Shown here: one piece after another, positions 19,975-29,963 of the stretch
Numbering within the stretch: position 1 is the first letter of the stretch
How the letters are laid out: each line of letters begins with the position of its first letter
From: an uncultured Acidimicrobiia bacterium
GTDB taxonomy: Bacteria; Actinomycetota; Acidimicrobiia; Spongiisociales; UBA5794
Assembly: GCA_963708235.1 (NCBI GenBank)
Contig: OY970200.1
Location: 1,713,373-1,777,372 of the forward strand
Reading direction: 5' to 3'
DNA length: 64,000 nucleotides
Position numbers and translations under genes: made by a program
Notes under the pieces: generated by a model
What the model was told of the DNA's origin: nothing
Database searches by the model: none
Seen by the model: the letters and a program-made list of their open reading frames with translations, nothing else

Positions 19975-21321
19975 TCAGGCGGGCAGGGCCCGGGTCCGGG
20001 TACCGAAGCGGGCGACCGTGGTCTCCAACAGCCGGGTGGTGAGGTCGATCGACCCCAGGCTGACCCGCTCGTCGTGGCCGTGGAACAGCCTGATCATCTC
20101 GCCGAAGGTCATCCGATCGTCGAACAGACCGACCCCGTACGCCACGGTCCCCATGGCGCGGAAGAAGCGGGCGTCGGTGGTCACGGGAATCAGCATCGGG
20201 AGCCGCGATCGGGTTCCGGTGAGGGACTCGGCCGCATCGCCGATCGCCTCCCACAACGGTCCGCCCACAGGTGAGGCGTTGGCGGCGAAGTTGCTGTCGT
20301 CGATGATGTCGATTCGCTCGTAGAGATCCGGCCCGAGCACCTTGCGCAGGTGATCGTCGACGGTGGAGCGGTCCTGGCCGGGCACGGTACGGATGTCGAA
20401 GCGGGCCTCCCCGGTGTCCGGGATCACGTTGTGCTTCTTTCCCGAGGCCAACACCGTCGGAGCGACGGTCAGGTGGGTGCAGGAGTGCGCCCATCGGGCA
20501 AGCGCCGCATCGATGGCGGCGAGCTCTTCGATGGCGGCGTCGACCTGGTCGGGGTCGGTGAGACGGGTGACGAGTTCGGCGGGGAGCCCGATCCCGGCGA
20601 CGAACTCCCGCCACTCCGGCGAGATGTGGACCGGTGTGGGGGCGGCGGCGAGTGCCGACACCGCCTCGGCGAGAGGCAGCAGGGCATTGTCGGTGCCGTA
20701 TGGCTGGCTGCCGTGACTGGGGGTTCCGGTGGTGCGGAAGATCTTCCACGCCGGTCCCTTCTCGGCGACCGTGACCGGGAGCCCGCCACCGGCGAAGGTG
20801 GGGGTGGCGATCTCGGTGAGGAGATAGTCGCACCGGACCAGCTCGGGTCGGTGCTCGACCAGCCATGCCGCCCCGAGTTGCCCACCCGCCTCCTCGTCGG
20901 CGACGGCGGCGAAGATGAGATCTCCAGGCAGCCGGGGTGCCTCGCCGGTCAGGTGCCGGCGGAACACCGCCGCCATGGCGGCCGTGACATTGAGCATGTC
21001 GATGGCACCGCGCCCCCACACGAACCCGTCGTGGATCTCGGCGGCGAACGGATCATATGACCATCCGGCGGGATTGACCGGGACCACGTCGAGGTGAGGG
21101 AGCAGCATCAACGAAGGAGCGGCGGGGTCGGTTCCGGGGATGCGGTAGATCACGCTCTGACGACCCGGATGCGGCTCCACCACGTGACCGGGCTCTCCGA
21201 AGTACTCGGCGAGGGTCGCCACCGACCGGGACTCCCCGCCGCTGTCGGGTGTCCCGTCGTTGACACAGGCGTTTCGGATCAGTGCCTGGACCAGTTCCAC
21301 CACTTCCGGGGCGGGAATCAC
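19975..21321 (-). CDS. M20-family metallopeptidase (dipeptidase/ArgE-DapE-like)
   Basis: Contains HLDVVP and ...DEE... and a GRGAIDM metal-binding signature. The length is 448 aa. Confidence 0.75.
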   Translation of the reverse strand: MIPAPEVVELVQALIRNACVNDGTPDSGGESRSVATLAEYFGEPGHVVEPHPGRQSVIYRIPGTDPAAPSLMLLPHLDVVPVNPAGWSYDPFAAEIHDGFVWGRGAIDMLNVTAAMAAVFRRHLTGEAPRLPGDLIFAAVADEEAGGQLGAAWLVEHRPELVRCDYLLTEIATPTFAGGGLPVTVAEKGPAWKIFRTTGTPSHGSQPYGTDNALLPLAEAVSALAAAPTPVHISPEWREFVAGIGLPAELVTRLTDPDQVDAAIEELAAIDAALARWAHSCTHLTVAPTVLASGKKHNVIPDTGEARFDIRTVPGQDRSTVDDHLRKVLGPDLYERIDIIDDSNFAANASPVGGPLWEAIGDAAESLTGTRSRLPMLIPVTTDARFFRAMGTVAYGVGLFDDRMTFGEMIRLFHGHDERVSLGSIDLTTRLLETTVARFGTRTRALPA

Positions 21322-21815
21322 GTCTGCGTCTCCGCTGCGGCAGCCGGGTGGTCGTCGTGGTGCATCACGATCAGCCGCGCCGAGAACCCGTGGGCCTCGA
21401 AGAAGTTCTTGGCATGGCGGTGCCCCGGGCTGACCCGGGCATCGAAGCGGTGGTGACCGGTCTCACGAAACCACGCCAGCAGGTCCTGGGCCATGGCGTC
21501 CCCGACACCGACACCCCGGCCCTCCGGCACCGTGTAGATGAGCCGGATCACGCCGATCCGGTCTCCGTCGGCCTGGGGCAACAGCGGTTCGCTCCTCCCC
21601 CAGGCGAATCCCAGCACGACCTCGCCGATCTCGCCGACGACGAGACGCGAATCCGGATCGCCGAGGATGTCGATGAGTGATCGATCGGCGGGTTCGGCGA
21701 CACCGTCGGCGTACGGCCACATCGGGCGGAGGGCTGCCTGTTCCGTCTCGAGTTCCCGGTAGAGACCGAGGATGACCTCGAGATCGTCGACGGTGGCGGT
21801 GCGGCTCGAAATCAT
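21318..21815 (-). CDS. GNAT-family N-acetyltransferase
   Basis: It has a GNAT fold with the motif A-like segment RGVGVGDAMAQDLLAW. There is a 4-nt overlap with the downstream M20 gene. Confidence 0.65.
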   Translation of the reverse strand: MISSRTATVDDLEVILGLYRELETEQAALRPMWPYADGVAEPADRSLIDILGDPDSRLVVGEIGEVVLGFAWGRSEPLLPQADGDRIGVIRLIYTVPEGRGVGVGDAMAQDLLAWFRETGHHRFDARVSPGHRHAKNFFEAHGFSARLIVMHHDDHPAAAAETQT

Positions 21816-21876
21816 CGTCTGCGGGACGTCATGTCCCGGAAAGCGACGTCCCGGGCAGGAGCTACTGGGGCAAATA

Positions 21877-22620
21877 TCATCGTCGGCGGGAGGATAGGGC
21901 GCTGCGCAGCCGGGTCCATCTCCACGCCAGACCCCATCGGGTGACCAGCCCGATCGCCTCGGTGGCGATGCGGAGGCTCATCTTCGAGGACCCGTGGCAC
22001 CGTTCGGTGAAGGTGATGGGGAGCTCGACGATCCGAAGCCCCTGCTGATAGGCGCGCCAGGTCATCTCGATCTGGAAGGCATACCCCGATGCCTGGGCCG
22101 ACCCCGGCTCCAAACCCGCCAACGCTGCGGCCCGGTAGGCGCGGAAACCGCTGGTTGCGTCCATCACGGGGAGCCGGAGCATCATCCGGACGTAGCGATT
22201 GCCGGCCTGCGACAACACCCGGCGTCTCCACGGCCAACCGGCCGTTCCTCCCCCGGAGACGTAGCGGCTTCCCAACGCCACATCAGCCCCGTCGACTACG
22301 GCCGCAACCAGCCGGGTGATATCGCCGGGATCGTGGGAGAGGTCGGCATCCATCTGGCAGACGATGTCGGAGCCGAGCGCCAGCGCCGCCTCGAAACCGG
22401 CGACATAGGCCGGACCGAGGCCGGTCTTGCCGGGGCGGTGGAGCACCACGACCTGGGGATCGTCGACGGCGATCAGATCGGCGAGGTCACCGGTCCCGTC
22501 CGGCGACGAGTCGTCGACGACCAGGACCCGGATCTCGCATCTGCGGAGCAGCGCCACCACTGTGGCGACGTTCTCGATCTCCTGATACGTCGGTACGACG
22601 ACCGTTACGTCAGGCGGCAC
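21877..22620 (-). CDS. ppm1: polyprenol-phosphate mannosyltransferase (GT2; Ppm1/DPM1-like)
   Basis: Contains VVVPTYQE...VDDSSPDGT...QMDADLSHDP...GFRAY, the GT2 DPM synthase signature. Confidence 0.75.
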   Translation of the reverse strand: MPPDVTVVVPTYQEIENVATVVALLRRCEIRVLVVDDSSPDGTGDLADLIAVDDPQVVVLHRPGKTGLGPAYVAGFEAALALGSDIVCQMDADLSHDPGDITRLVAAVVDGADVALGSRYVSGGGTAGWPWRRRVLSQAGNRYVRMMLRLPVMDATSGFRAYRAAALAGLEPGSAQASGYAFQIEMTWRAYQQGLRIVELPITFTERCHGSSKMSLRIATEAIGLVTRWGLAWRWTRLRSALSSRRR

Positions 22621-23062
22621 AGTCGCGACACAGCGACTGGTCGGCGTCCACGAGCTGCGTCCGCTTCAGCACCAGGAAGCAGCCCAGGCAGAGAAACTCG
22701 TCGGCGGCACGCTCTCCTACGCCGTCACCCTCCAATGCCAGTTCGGCGCGGCGGATGGCGCGAAGCTCGGCGGCCTCGTCGACGATCAGAGTTTCCGATT
22801 CCTCGTCATCGGTGAGCATCTCGAGTTCTTCGGCCTCGAGCTCATCGAGCGCCTCGGAGTCATCGTCGTCGTCATCGTCGTCGGCGTCATCCGAGTCGAC
22901 GACGTCGACCACATCGGCGACGACGTCGATGTCCTCGTCTTCGTCGTCGTCGAGAACGATGTCGTCCTCTTCCACCTCGGCGTCGTCCGACCATTCGCCG
23001 TCGGCGGCCTCGGGATCGAAGTCTTCAGTTGTCTCGATGTCGTCAGTATCTAGGTCAGGCAT
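22610..23062 (-). CDS. DUF4193-family protein (acidic N-terminus, C-terminal Cys4 zinc ribbon)
   Basis: Start ATG 23062, with GAGG 7 nt upstream. It has an extreme poly-Asp/Glu tract and a C-terminal ...CLGCF...CRDC. Confidence 0.65.
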   Translation of the reverse strand: MPDLDTDDIETTEDFDPEAADGEWSDDAEVEEDDIVLDDDEDEDIDVVADVVDVVDSDDADDDDDDDDSEALDELEAEELEMLTDDEESETLIVDEAAELRAIRRAELALEGDGVGERAADEFLCLGCFLVLKRTQLVDADQSLCRDCAA

Positions 23063-23236
23063 CCTTAACCTCTGAATGGGTCGTGGAGTATATCCGGAGT
23101 CGTTGCCCCCCAAACTTCCCGGAGCGGTTGCGTATTCCCAATGCGCCACCCGGACACGTCCGCTGCACCCTGCTCCGCAGCGAGGGCCGGAGCAGACCGT
23201 AGCCGGGCGGTCGGCCGGCGGGACCCGGGACCGTGG

Positions 23237-24130
23237 TCAGATCTTGAAGTCGACCGCTCCCGGGACGACCTCGACACGCACCGATCCGGTGCCCATCAGC
23301 TCTCCGTCGGCTTCCACGGGCCAGTGATCGGGGACGGTGATCGATCCTGCGGCGAGCCGTCCCCTGGCGACCGCCCGATGACGGAGATGGTGTCCACGCA
23401 CCACCCGCGGCATCAGTGAGAAGGCGTGGCGGCGGGAACAGCGGAAGACCTCGACATCGAGCAGGCCGTCCATCAACGCCGCCTGCGGGGCGATGTTGAG
23501 CCCTCCACCGAAGAACTGGCCGTTGGCGACAACGACGTTGAGGGCGTCACCGACGATGCGACGACGACCCAGGTCGACCTCCACCGGCGCCGCCGGGAAT
23601 CCGGGGAGGGCGATCCAGAACGCCGCCTGGTAGCGGATTGCTCCCGTCCATCTCGGCAACCGCCGGCCGGTGCGCACCGCGGCGGCGGCCACCCCGACAT
23701 CGAGTGCGTTGAGAAAGTACCGGCTCCCGAAGCTGCCGTGCACCAGCCCGACATCACACCGGTAGACCCGGTCCCCGACGAGCACCCCGGCGGCGGCGTC
23801 GAGCGTGCGGGGAAGGGCGAAGGTCCGGATGAAATCGGACCCGGAGCCGGTGGGGAGGATGGACAGCACCGGGGGCTCCGACCATGCCAGATCCATCAGG
23901 GCGTTGAGCACCACATGTGCGGTGCCGTCCCCGCCGGCGGCGGCGAATCTGGTGATGCCGGCGGTGGCAGCGGTGGCGATGGTCGCCTGCAACATCGGGA
24001 TGTCGTCGGGGGTCGCCAGCTCGTAGTCGATCGGATGCCGATCGAGCGCCGCCGTCACCTGGCGCCGCTGGTCCCTCCCCCTCCCCGCTCTGGGGTTGTT
24101 GACGACGAGCCACGTCGTGTCGGGCGTCAC
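23237..24130 (-). CDS. lipid kinase (diacylglycerol kinase catalytic domain, YegS/BmrU family)
   Basis: Contains NNPRAGRG...AAGGDGT, the DAGK_cat signature. The start is assigned to GTG 24130, just after the helY stop. Confidence 0.7.
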   Translation of the reverse strand: MTPDTTWLVVNNPRAGRGRDQRRQVTAALDRHPIDYELATPDDIPMLQATIATAATAGITRFAAAGGDGTAHVVLNALMDLAWSEPPVLSILPTGSGSDFIRTFALPRTLDAAAGVLVGDRVYRCDVGLVHGSFGSRYFLNALDVGVAAAAVRTGRRLPRWTGAIRYQAAFWIALPGFPAAPVEVDLGRRRIVGDALNVVVANGQFFGGGLNIAPQAALMDGLLDVEVFRCSRRHAFSLMPRVVRGHHLRHRAVARGRLAAGSITVPDHWPVEADGELMGTGSVRVEVVPGAVDFKI

Positions 24131-24137
24131 GGGTGGC

Positions 24138-26681
24138 TCACGTGCCGCCCTCGGCGGCCACCACCCCGCGGTCGACCCGGTCGATCGCCTGCGCCGCCGC
24201 ACTGCGCAACGACGGGTACACATCCCGCATCTGCCGCAGCAGATCGAGGGTTTGGCGGGCGATCCGGACGAAGTCGCCGGCCGAGGCCTCGTCGTCGAAG
24301 AGGTCGTCGAGGGCGGCGCCCGATGCCCAGTCGTGCATTCGCTGGACATAGCCGTCGTTGGGTGGGCGACCCATCACGATGCGTCGGTGGTTCTCGGCGG
24401 CCGCCAGGTCATCGCTGAGGGCGAAGATGGTGTCCACTGCCCGGGCGACGGCCTCGGTGGGGAGCCCGCCGGGGATGTCGTCGCGGCGGGGTTCGTAGAC
24501 GAACATGGTGAGCAACCCGGCCAGTTCGGGAGGGCTCAAGCCGTCGGCGAGACCCCGCTCGGCGCTCTCGGCGATGAGGATGTCCAGTTCGTTGTAGATG
24601 AACCGGAGCCGCTCCCCCTTTGCCGTCAGCCGCCACCCGTCGACGTAACCCCACTCGCCGAGGAGTCGCAGCAGGGAACGGAACCCGGCGACGAGGTCAC
24701 CGGAACGCACCCCGATTCGTCGTTCCAACCGGGCGATGTCGCGTTCCGCCTTGGCAGCCCGGTCGAGCCACATCAGGTGCGTCCCCAGGTCCGGGCACGA
24801 GGCCACCGGATCGGTGGCGACGGTGTCGGAGACGGCATCCGACGAGATGGTCATCGCCCGGACGGCACGGGCGACGGCCCGCTGGTACGACTTCTCACGG
24901 GGACGGTAGGGGTCGGGGAGGTCGACGGTCCCGACCAGGATGGTGGCCGGCGACAGGTCGTCGGCACCGAGACGCCGGGTCCCCTCCTCGCCGACCAGGA
25001 CGAGTCGGGGATTGGCGCCGTAGCCGCGGGCCACCATCGCCCATCGCTGCGGCCCGTCGGCCCCCGGCATCTCCATCACATCGCCGGGGACCAGTCGCTG
25101 GGCGAAATCCTGCATACGGCGGCGCGAGTCGGCGACGTGGTCACCTGCGGCGTAGACCTCGATGTCCCCGAGATCGCACCGAGCGTTCTTGCGGAACTCG
25201 GCAACCTCACCCCGCCGCACCTCGATGCGGGCCTCCAACTCGGTGCGCTGGGCTTCGAGGCGGTGCTGGGCGAAGGAGGCGTGGAGCAGCTGCTCGGCCT
25301 GACTCTGCGGATATTTGGCGACCAGGTTGACCGCCATGTTGTACGAAGGGGAGAAGCTCGATGTCAGGGGGTGGCTGCCCCGCCCGGCCACACCGGCGAC
25401 CCGATCGAAGGGGATGTCGCGCTGGTGGAGGACCACGGCGGTGCCGGAGGTGTCGATGCCGCGCCGGCCCGCCCTACCGGTGAGCTGGGTGTAGTCACCC
25501 GGCTGGAGGATCTGATGGGTCTCGCCGTCGAACTTGCTGAGCCGTTCCAGCACCACGGTGCGAGCGGGCATGTTGATACCCAACGAGAGGGTCTCCGTGG
25601 CGAACACCAGCCGGATCAGACCGGCCGAGAACAACACCTCGACGGTCTCCTTGAAAGCGGGAACCAGACCCGCATGATGGGCGGCGACCCCCGCTTCGAG
25701 AGCCACCATCCACCGTCCGAATCCGAGCACGGCGAGGTCGTCGGGTGAGAGATGGGCGGTCCGCTCGGCAGCGATCCGGGCGATCTCGGAGCGTTCGGCC
25801 GTCGAGGTCAGTTCGAGACCGGCAGCCGCCACGAGGTCTGCCGCCTGGTCGCACCCGGCACGCGAGAAGATGAAGTAGATGGCCGGGAGCAGGCTGAGCC
25901 GCTGCAGGTGTTCGGCGACCTCGACCCGGCGCGGCGCCGCAAACCGGCGATAGCGGCCCTTGCCCTTGCGCAGCATGGTGACCACGGCGGGGTTGGGTCG
26001 GGTGCCGGCACGGTCGAAGATCGGCAGCATCTCGGTGCGACCTTCACGATGCAGATCCTTCACCAGATACACACTCTCCAACGGAACCGGGCGATGGGTC
26101 TCCTGGACCAGGGCGGTGTCGCCACGCCGGGAGCTGACCCAGGCGGTGAACTCCTCGGCGTTGGCGATGGTGGCGGAGAGATTCACCAGTTGGATCTGAC
26201 GGGGAAGATGGATGATCACCTCCTCCCAGACCGACCCGCGGTACGGGTCCTGGAGGTAGTGGACCTCGTCGAGGATCACCACGCCGAGATCGGCCAGGAT
26301 GGCCGCATCGGCATAGATCATGTTGCGTAACACCTCGGTGGTCATCACCACGATGGGTGCGTCACCGTTGACCACGTTGTCGCCGGTGAGCAGCCCCACC
26401 GAATCGTCGCCGTGCTGGCGGCGCAGATCACTGAACTTCTGATTGGAGAGCGCCTTGATCGGGGTGGTGTAGAAGGCGCGCCGCCCCCGTTGCAACGCCA
26501 ACTCGATGGCGGCTTCGGCAATGACCGTCTTGCCGGCCCCGGTGGGTGCGGTGACCACCACCGACGCACCGCGCTCGAGGTGGCCGATCGCTTCGAGCTG
26601 GAAGCGGTCCGCCTTGAACGGCAGACGCTCGACAAACCCTTCGAGGGAACCGCCCGGGACACCCGGTGTCGAGATGGTCAT
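24138..26681 (-). CDS. helY: Ski2-like DEAD/DEAH-box RNA helicase (HelY)
   Basis: It has a Walker A (APTGAGKT), a DEVH box, the helicase C motifs and a long Ski2/DSHCT-like C-terminus. It lies immediately downstream of tatC, as in mycobacteria. Confidence 0.8.
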   Translation of the reverse strand: MTISTPGVPGGSLEGFVERLPFKADRFQLEAIGHLERGASVVVTAPTGAGKTVIAEAAIELALQRGRRAFYTTPIKALSNQKFSDLRRQHGDDSVGLLTGDNVVNGDAPIVVMTTEVLRNMIYADAAILADLGVVILDEVHYLQDPYRGSVWEEVIIHLPRQIQLVNLSATIANAEEFTAWVSSRRGDTALVQETHRPVPLESVYLVKDLHREGRTEMLPIFDRAGTRPNPAVVTMLRKGKGRYRRFAAPRRVEVAEHLQRLSLLPAIYFIFSRAGCDQAADLVAAAGLELTSTAERSEIARIAAERTAHLSPDDLAVLGFGRWMVALEAGVAAHHAGLVPAFKETVEVLFSAGLIRLVFATETLSLGINMPARTVVLERLSKFDGETHQILQPGDYTQLTGRAGRRGIDTSGTAVVLHQRDIPFDRVAGVAGRGSHPLTSSFSPSYNMAVNLVAKYPQSQAEQLLHASFAQHRLEAQRTELEARIEVRRGEVAEFRKNARCDLGDIEVYAAGDHVADSRRRMQDFAQRLVPGDVMEMPGADGPQRWAMVARGYGANPRLVLVGEEGTRRLGADDLSPATILVGTVDLPDPYRPREKSYQRAVARAVRAMTISSDAVSDTVATDPVASCPDLGTHLMWLDRAAKAERDIARLERRIGVRSGDLVAGFRSLLRLLGEWGYVDGWRLTAKGERLRFIYNELDILIAESAERGLADGLSPPELAGLLTMFVYEPRRDDIPGGLPTEAVARAVDTIFALSDDLAAAENHRRIVMGRPPNDGYVQRMHDWASGAALDDLFDDEASAGDFVRIARQTLDLLRQMRDVYPSLRSAAAQAIDRVDRGVVAAEGGT

Positions 26682-27391
26682 CGTTTCAGGATGAAGCGGA
26701 TGGCGAGGATGGTGATCTCGTAGAGCAGGTACATCGGGCCGGTGAGGATCAGCAGCGTCAGCGGATCACCCCCGGGGGTGAGGAAGGCCGCCGAGATGAT
26801 GATGATGGTGGCGGCATACGGTCGCCACCCCCGCAGCTTGGCCGCGGTGAGCATCCCGGTGGCGGCAGCCGCAAACAGAAACACCGGGAACAGGAACGCC
26901 ACCCCGAACGCAAACAGGAAACGCATCGCAAACCGCAGGTAGTGATCGGCGCCGATGGTGGGGTCGAGCAGACCGTCCCCGAACCCGAGCAGCAGCCGCA
27001 GCGTCATCGGCAGCGCAAAATATCCGCCGACGATCCCGCCGAAGAAGAGCACCGACATCACCGCCGACAGCGGGATGACGTAGCGGCGTTCCTGTGGCGT
27101 GAGGGCCGGGCTGACAAACCTCCACAACTGGTAGATCAGCACCGGGGTCGCCAGGATCAGCCCGCCGAACATCCCGATCCGCAGCACCAGCGAGAAGGCC
27201 TCCGTCGGCTGGAAGAACGCCAGACGCTCCCCGTCGACCGCATCGAGGTACGGCTTCGAGATGAACTCGAGGATGAAGCGGTACCCGAACAGGGCGACGA
27301 TGGTGCCGATGCCGACGGCCAATGCGGACTTCACCAGACGGGACCGGAGCTCCACCAGGTGGTCCATGAAGGACATGGGTTGCTGGGTCAC
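26678..27391 (-). CDS. tatC: twin-arginine translocase subunit TatC
   Basis: It has six predicted TM helices and the MSFMDHLVELRSRL N-terminal TatC signature. Confidence 0.9.
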   Translation of the reverse strand: MTQQPMSFMDHLVELRSRLVKSALAVGIGTIVALFGYRFILEFISKPYLDAVDGERLAFFQPTEAFSLVLRIGMFGGLILATPVLIYQLWRFVSPALTPQERRYVIPLSAVMSVLFFGGIVGGYFALPMTLRLLLGFGDGLLDPTIGADHYLRFAMRFLFAFGVAFLFPVFLFAAAATGMLTAAKLRGWRPYAATIIIISAAFLTPGGDPLTLLILTGPMYLLYEITILAIRFILKR

Positions 27392-28020
27392 GGCTCCGGT
27401 TTCGGGTCGGGAGGCACCGGTGGCGTGCCGTGCTCGGGGTGGAACGGATCGTCGATGAGGGCACCGCCATCAGCGGAGGCAATCTCTCCGGAGGAGATCT
27501 CTCCGGAGGCCAGCTCGCCGGAGGCCAGCTCGCCGGAGGCCAGCTCATCGCGTGCCGAGCGGAGCCGGTCCTCGATCTCGGCCAGGGAGGGTGGGACGCC
27601 GGCGGTCGGTGCCGCCGCCGGGCCGGACGGAGAGGCTGGCGGCGGCGAGTCGGGTTGCCCGGTCGGCGTCTCCGGTGAAGCGGCGGACGGTTCAGTCGAT
27701 GCGTCATCTCCCGGCTCAGGCGTCGGGGCCGTCGGCGCCTGACCCGGCGGTGCGCCCGGACCGATCGCATCCAGGGGCGGCATCGTCGCCTTCAGATCGT
27801 CCTTGGCGCTTCTCAGTTCCTTCTCGATGTCGGCGAGCGGTGCCGCCAGGTCGCCGTACTCGCTGGTGAACTCGCTCTTGAGCGAGGACACCGTCTTGCG
27901 GGCCTTCGCCATCAACTCGCCGGCCTTGCGCGCCATCTCGGGGAGGCGGGTCGGGCCGAAGACGATGAGGATCACCAGGGCGATGGTGAGGATCTCAGAG
28001 ATGGTGATGTTGGCGTTCAC
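27388..28020 (-). CDS. tatA: twin-arginine translocase TatA/E-family protein with a long C-terminal P/A/E-rich extension
   Basis: It has an N-terminal TM helix plus amphipathic helix (LVILIVFGPTRLPEMARKAGE). The C-terminal tail contains (ELASG)x3, encoded by 15-nt tandem repeats. Confidence 0.8.
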   Translation of the reverse strand: MNANITISEILTIALVILIVFGPTRLPEMARKAGELMAKARKTVSSLKSEFTSEYGDLAAPLADIEKELRSAKDDLKATMPPLDAIGPGAPPGQAPTAPTPEPGDDASTEPSAASPETPTGQPDSPPPASPSGPAAAPTAGVPPSLAEIEDRLRSARDELASGELASGELASGEISSGEIASADGGALIDDPFHPEHGTPPVPPDPKPEP

Positions 28021-28065
28021 CGGGGTGATGGTAGGGGGAATCCGAACGGCCGGGAAAGCGGGTTC

Positions 28066-29004
28066 TCAGTCGTCGGGTGGGGTGTATCTGGCGAGGATGC
28101 GCTGACGCAGCACCGAGAGCTCGGCGGCGACCTCGTCGCCGTCGATCAGTTCGGCGTCGGCGCCGAGACGGAGCAGCAGTCTGGCGGCGACGGCGGGATC
28201 GCCGGCCGAGAACCTGACGAGGCGGGTGCCGTCGGCATCACCTTCGAGAAGATCGACCGGGTAATAGTCGGTGACCCAGCCGGCCCGGGGTCCCAGCCGG
28301 ATCACCGCGCGCACATCGTCCTCTCCCGGGGTGTAGGCCACCACCGGTGGGGGCGCTTCGGCCGGTGGGTCGAAGCGGGCGCCGGTCGGCGAGACCGAGC
28401 GGATGCGATCGATCCGGAACACCCGCTCACCCTCGGCCTGACGGCAGTAGGCGCGGAGGTACCAGTTGCCCAGGGTGGAGAACACCGCCCACGGCTCGAC
28501 ATCACGGGTGGTGGTGCGATCCCCGGCAATCGAGGTGTAGACGATGGTCACCACCTCGCCGGAGGCGGCCCGTCGCAGTTCACCGACCAGTTCCGGCTCG
28601 CTGAGATCGACGGTGAGCGCATCTGCGCCATCGGGGAGCACTACGGAGGTCAGCTTGTCGACGGCACGTTGCAGCGCCGGTGGCGCCTGACCGGTCGACA
28701 CCAGGGCCATTCCCGATGCCAGCAGGCTGAGGGCCTCCGGTGCGGTGAGACGCAACGGCGCAGAGAAGTAGTCGGCCATCTCGACGACCACCTCGTCGTC
28801 GTCGATGTAGGCCACCATCAGATCGCCCGGTCCGTAGCCGGGGAGCCCGCACACAAAGACAAGGTTGAGGTCGGAGATCAGCTCCCCACTGGTGTAGTCG
28901 AAACGGCGGCAGACCTCCTCCACGGTGCTTCCCGGGTTGGCGATGACCCAGGGCAGCATCCCCAGGATGCGGGTCAGCCGCCGGGCGGTGCGTTCGCTGC
29001 TCAT
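28066..29004 (-). CDS. pafC: proteasome accessory factor PafC (HTH-WYL transcriptional regulator)
   Basis: Start ATG 29004, which overlaps the pafB stop (ATGA). It has an HTH region and a WYL domain (TLGNWYLRAY). The position is pafA-pafB-pafC-tatA. Confidence 0.75.
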   Translation of the reverse strand: MSSERTARRLTRILGMLPWVIANPGSTVEEVCRRFDYTSGELISDLNLVFVCGLPGYGPGDLMVAYIDDDEVVVEMADYFSAPLRLTAPEALSLLASGMALVSTGQAPPALQRAVDKLTSVVLPDGADALTVDLSEPELVGELRRAASGEVVTIVYTSIAGDRTTTRDVEPWAVFSTLGNWYLRAYCRQAEGERVFRIDRIRSVSPTGARFDPPAEAPPPVVAYTPGEDDVRAVIRLGPRAGWVTDYYPVDLLEGDADGTRLVRFSAGDPAVAARLLLRLGADAELIDGDEVAAELSVLRQRILARYTPPDD

Positions 29005-29912
29005 ACCTGCGCCTCCACCCGTGCCACCAACCGCCGGCGCAGATCTTCCGGTTCGACGATCACCGCCCGGTCGTCGAACGACAACATCCATCCGATGAAG
29101 GCCTCGATGTTGGCGACGGGAACGGTGGCACGAAGCGATCCGTCGGGAAGCTCCTCGATCTCCCGCCGGCCGGTGAGCTGGCGGTGCGCCCACCAAGCGA
29201 TGTCGGCATCGAAATGGACAACGGCCACGATGTCCTCTCCCCCGGCTTCCCACGGAGCCTCCGGGATGGCGGTCGATGGGACGAACCCCGCTGGTCGCTC
29301 GAATGCGGCGGGCTCGCCGGTGGGTTGTAGACCCTCGGTCCGGTCGAGACGGAACACCTTGATGGTGGCGTCGTCCAGCCCGACCACGTACCAGTGCCCG
29401 CGGCGATGGACCAGTCCGTAGGGATCGACGGTGCGTCGGGCGTTGCGGTAGGTGAAGGAGATGCGGCGGCGTTCGGCGACGGCGGCGAATGCGGTGACCA
29501 GATCGGCGGATGACCCCAGGTCGGCGGCGAGGGGCTCACCGGAACCGGGGAGCAGGCTGCCTCCGAGTTTGAACAGGGCGTCGGTTCCCGCAGGGGCACC
29601 TCCGATCTGCACCACCGACGCCGCCATCCACAGGGCGGTCCGTTCCTCGTCGGTGAGACCGGGATCGGGCAGGGCGTAGTCGTCGACGACATAGCCGTAC
29701 TCGACCTCCCAGGCGTCGGTGGGTCGCAGTTCGAGACGGATTCCGATCCGCCGCAACAGATCCTTGTCACGCTCGAACATCCGGCGGGCGGCCTCGTCGG
29801 TGTCCTGTTCGTATCCGGCGACCGTCGACCGGATCTCTTCGGCGGTGACCGGTCGCTCCACGGTGAGCAGGAACGCCAGCAGGTTCAGGATCCGTTCGAT
29901 GACTCGCTGCAT
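29001..29912 (-). CDS. pafB: proteasome accessory factor PafB (HTH-WYL transcriptional regulator)
   Basis: Start ATG 29912 (MQRVIERILNLLAFLLTVERPVTAEEI). It has a WYL domain (RRGHWYVVGLD). Confidence 0.75.
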   Translation of the reverse strand: MQRVIERILNLLAFLLTVERPVTAEEIRSTVAGYEQDTDEAARRMFERDKDLLRRIGIRLELRPTDAWEVEYGYVVDDYALPDPGLTDEERTALWMAASVVQIGGAPAGTDALFKLGGSLLPGSGEPLAADLGSSADLVTAFAAVAERRRISFTYRNARRTVDPYGLVHRRGHWYVVGLDDATIKVFRLDRTEGLQPTGEPAAFERPAGFVPSTAIPEAPWEAGGEDIVAVVHFDADIAWWAHRQLTGRREIEELPDGSLRATVPVANIEAFIGWMLSFDDRAVIVEPEDLRRRLVARVEAQV

Positions 29913-29963
29913 GGTGCCGGAGGGTACTCGCCGCAACGGTGTGATCACCGGTTGCGTTGTTGG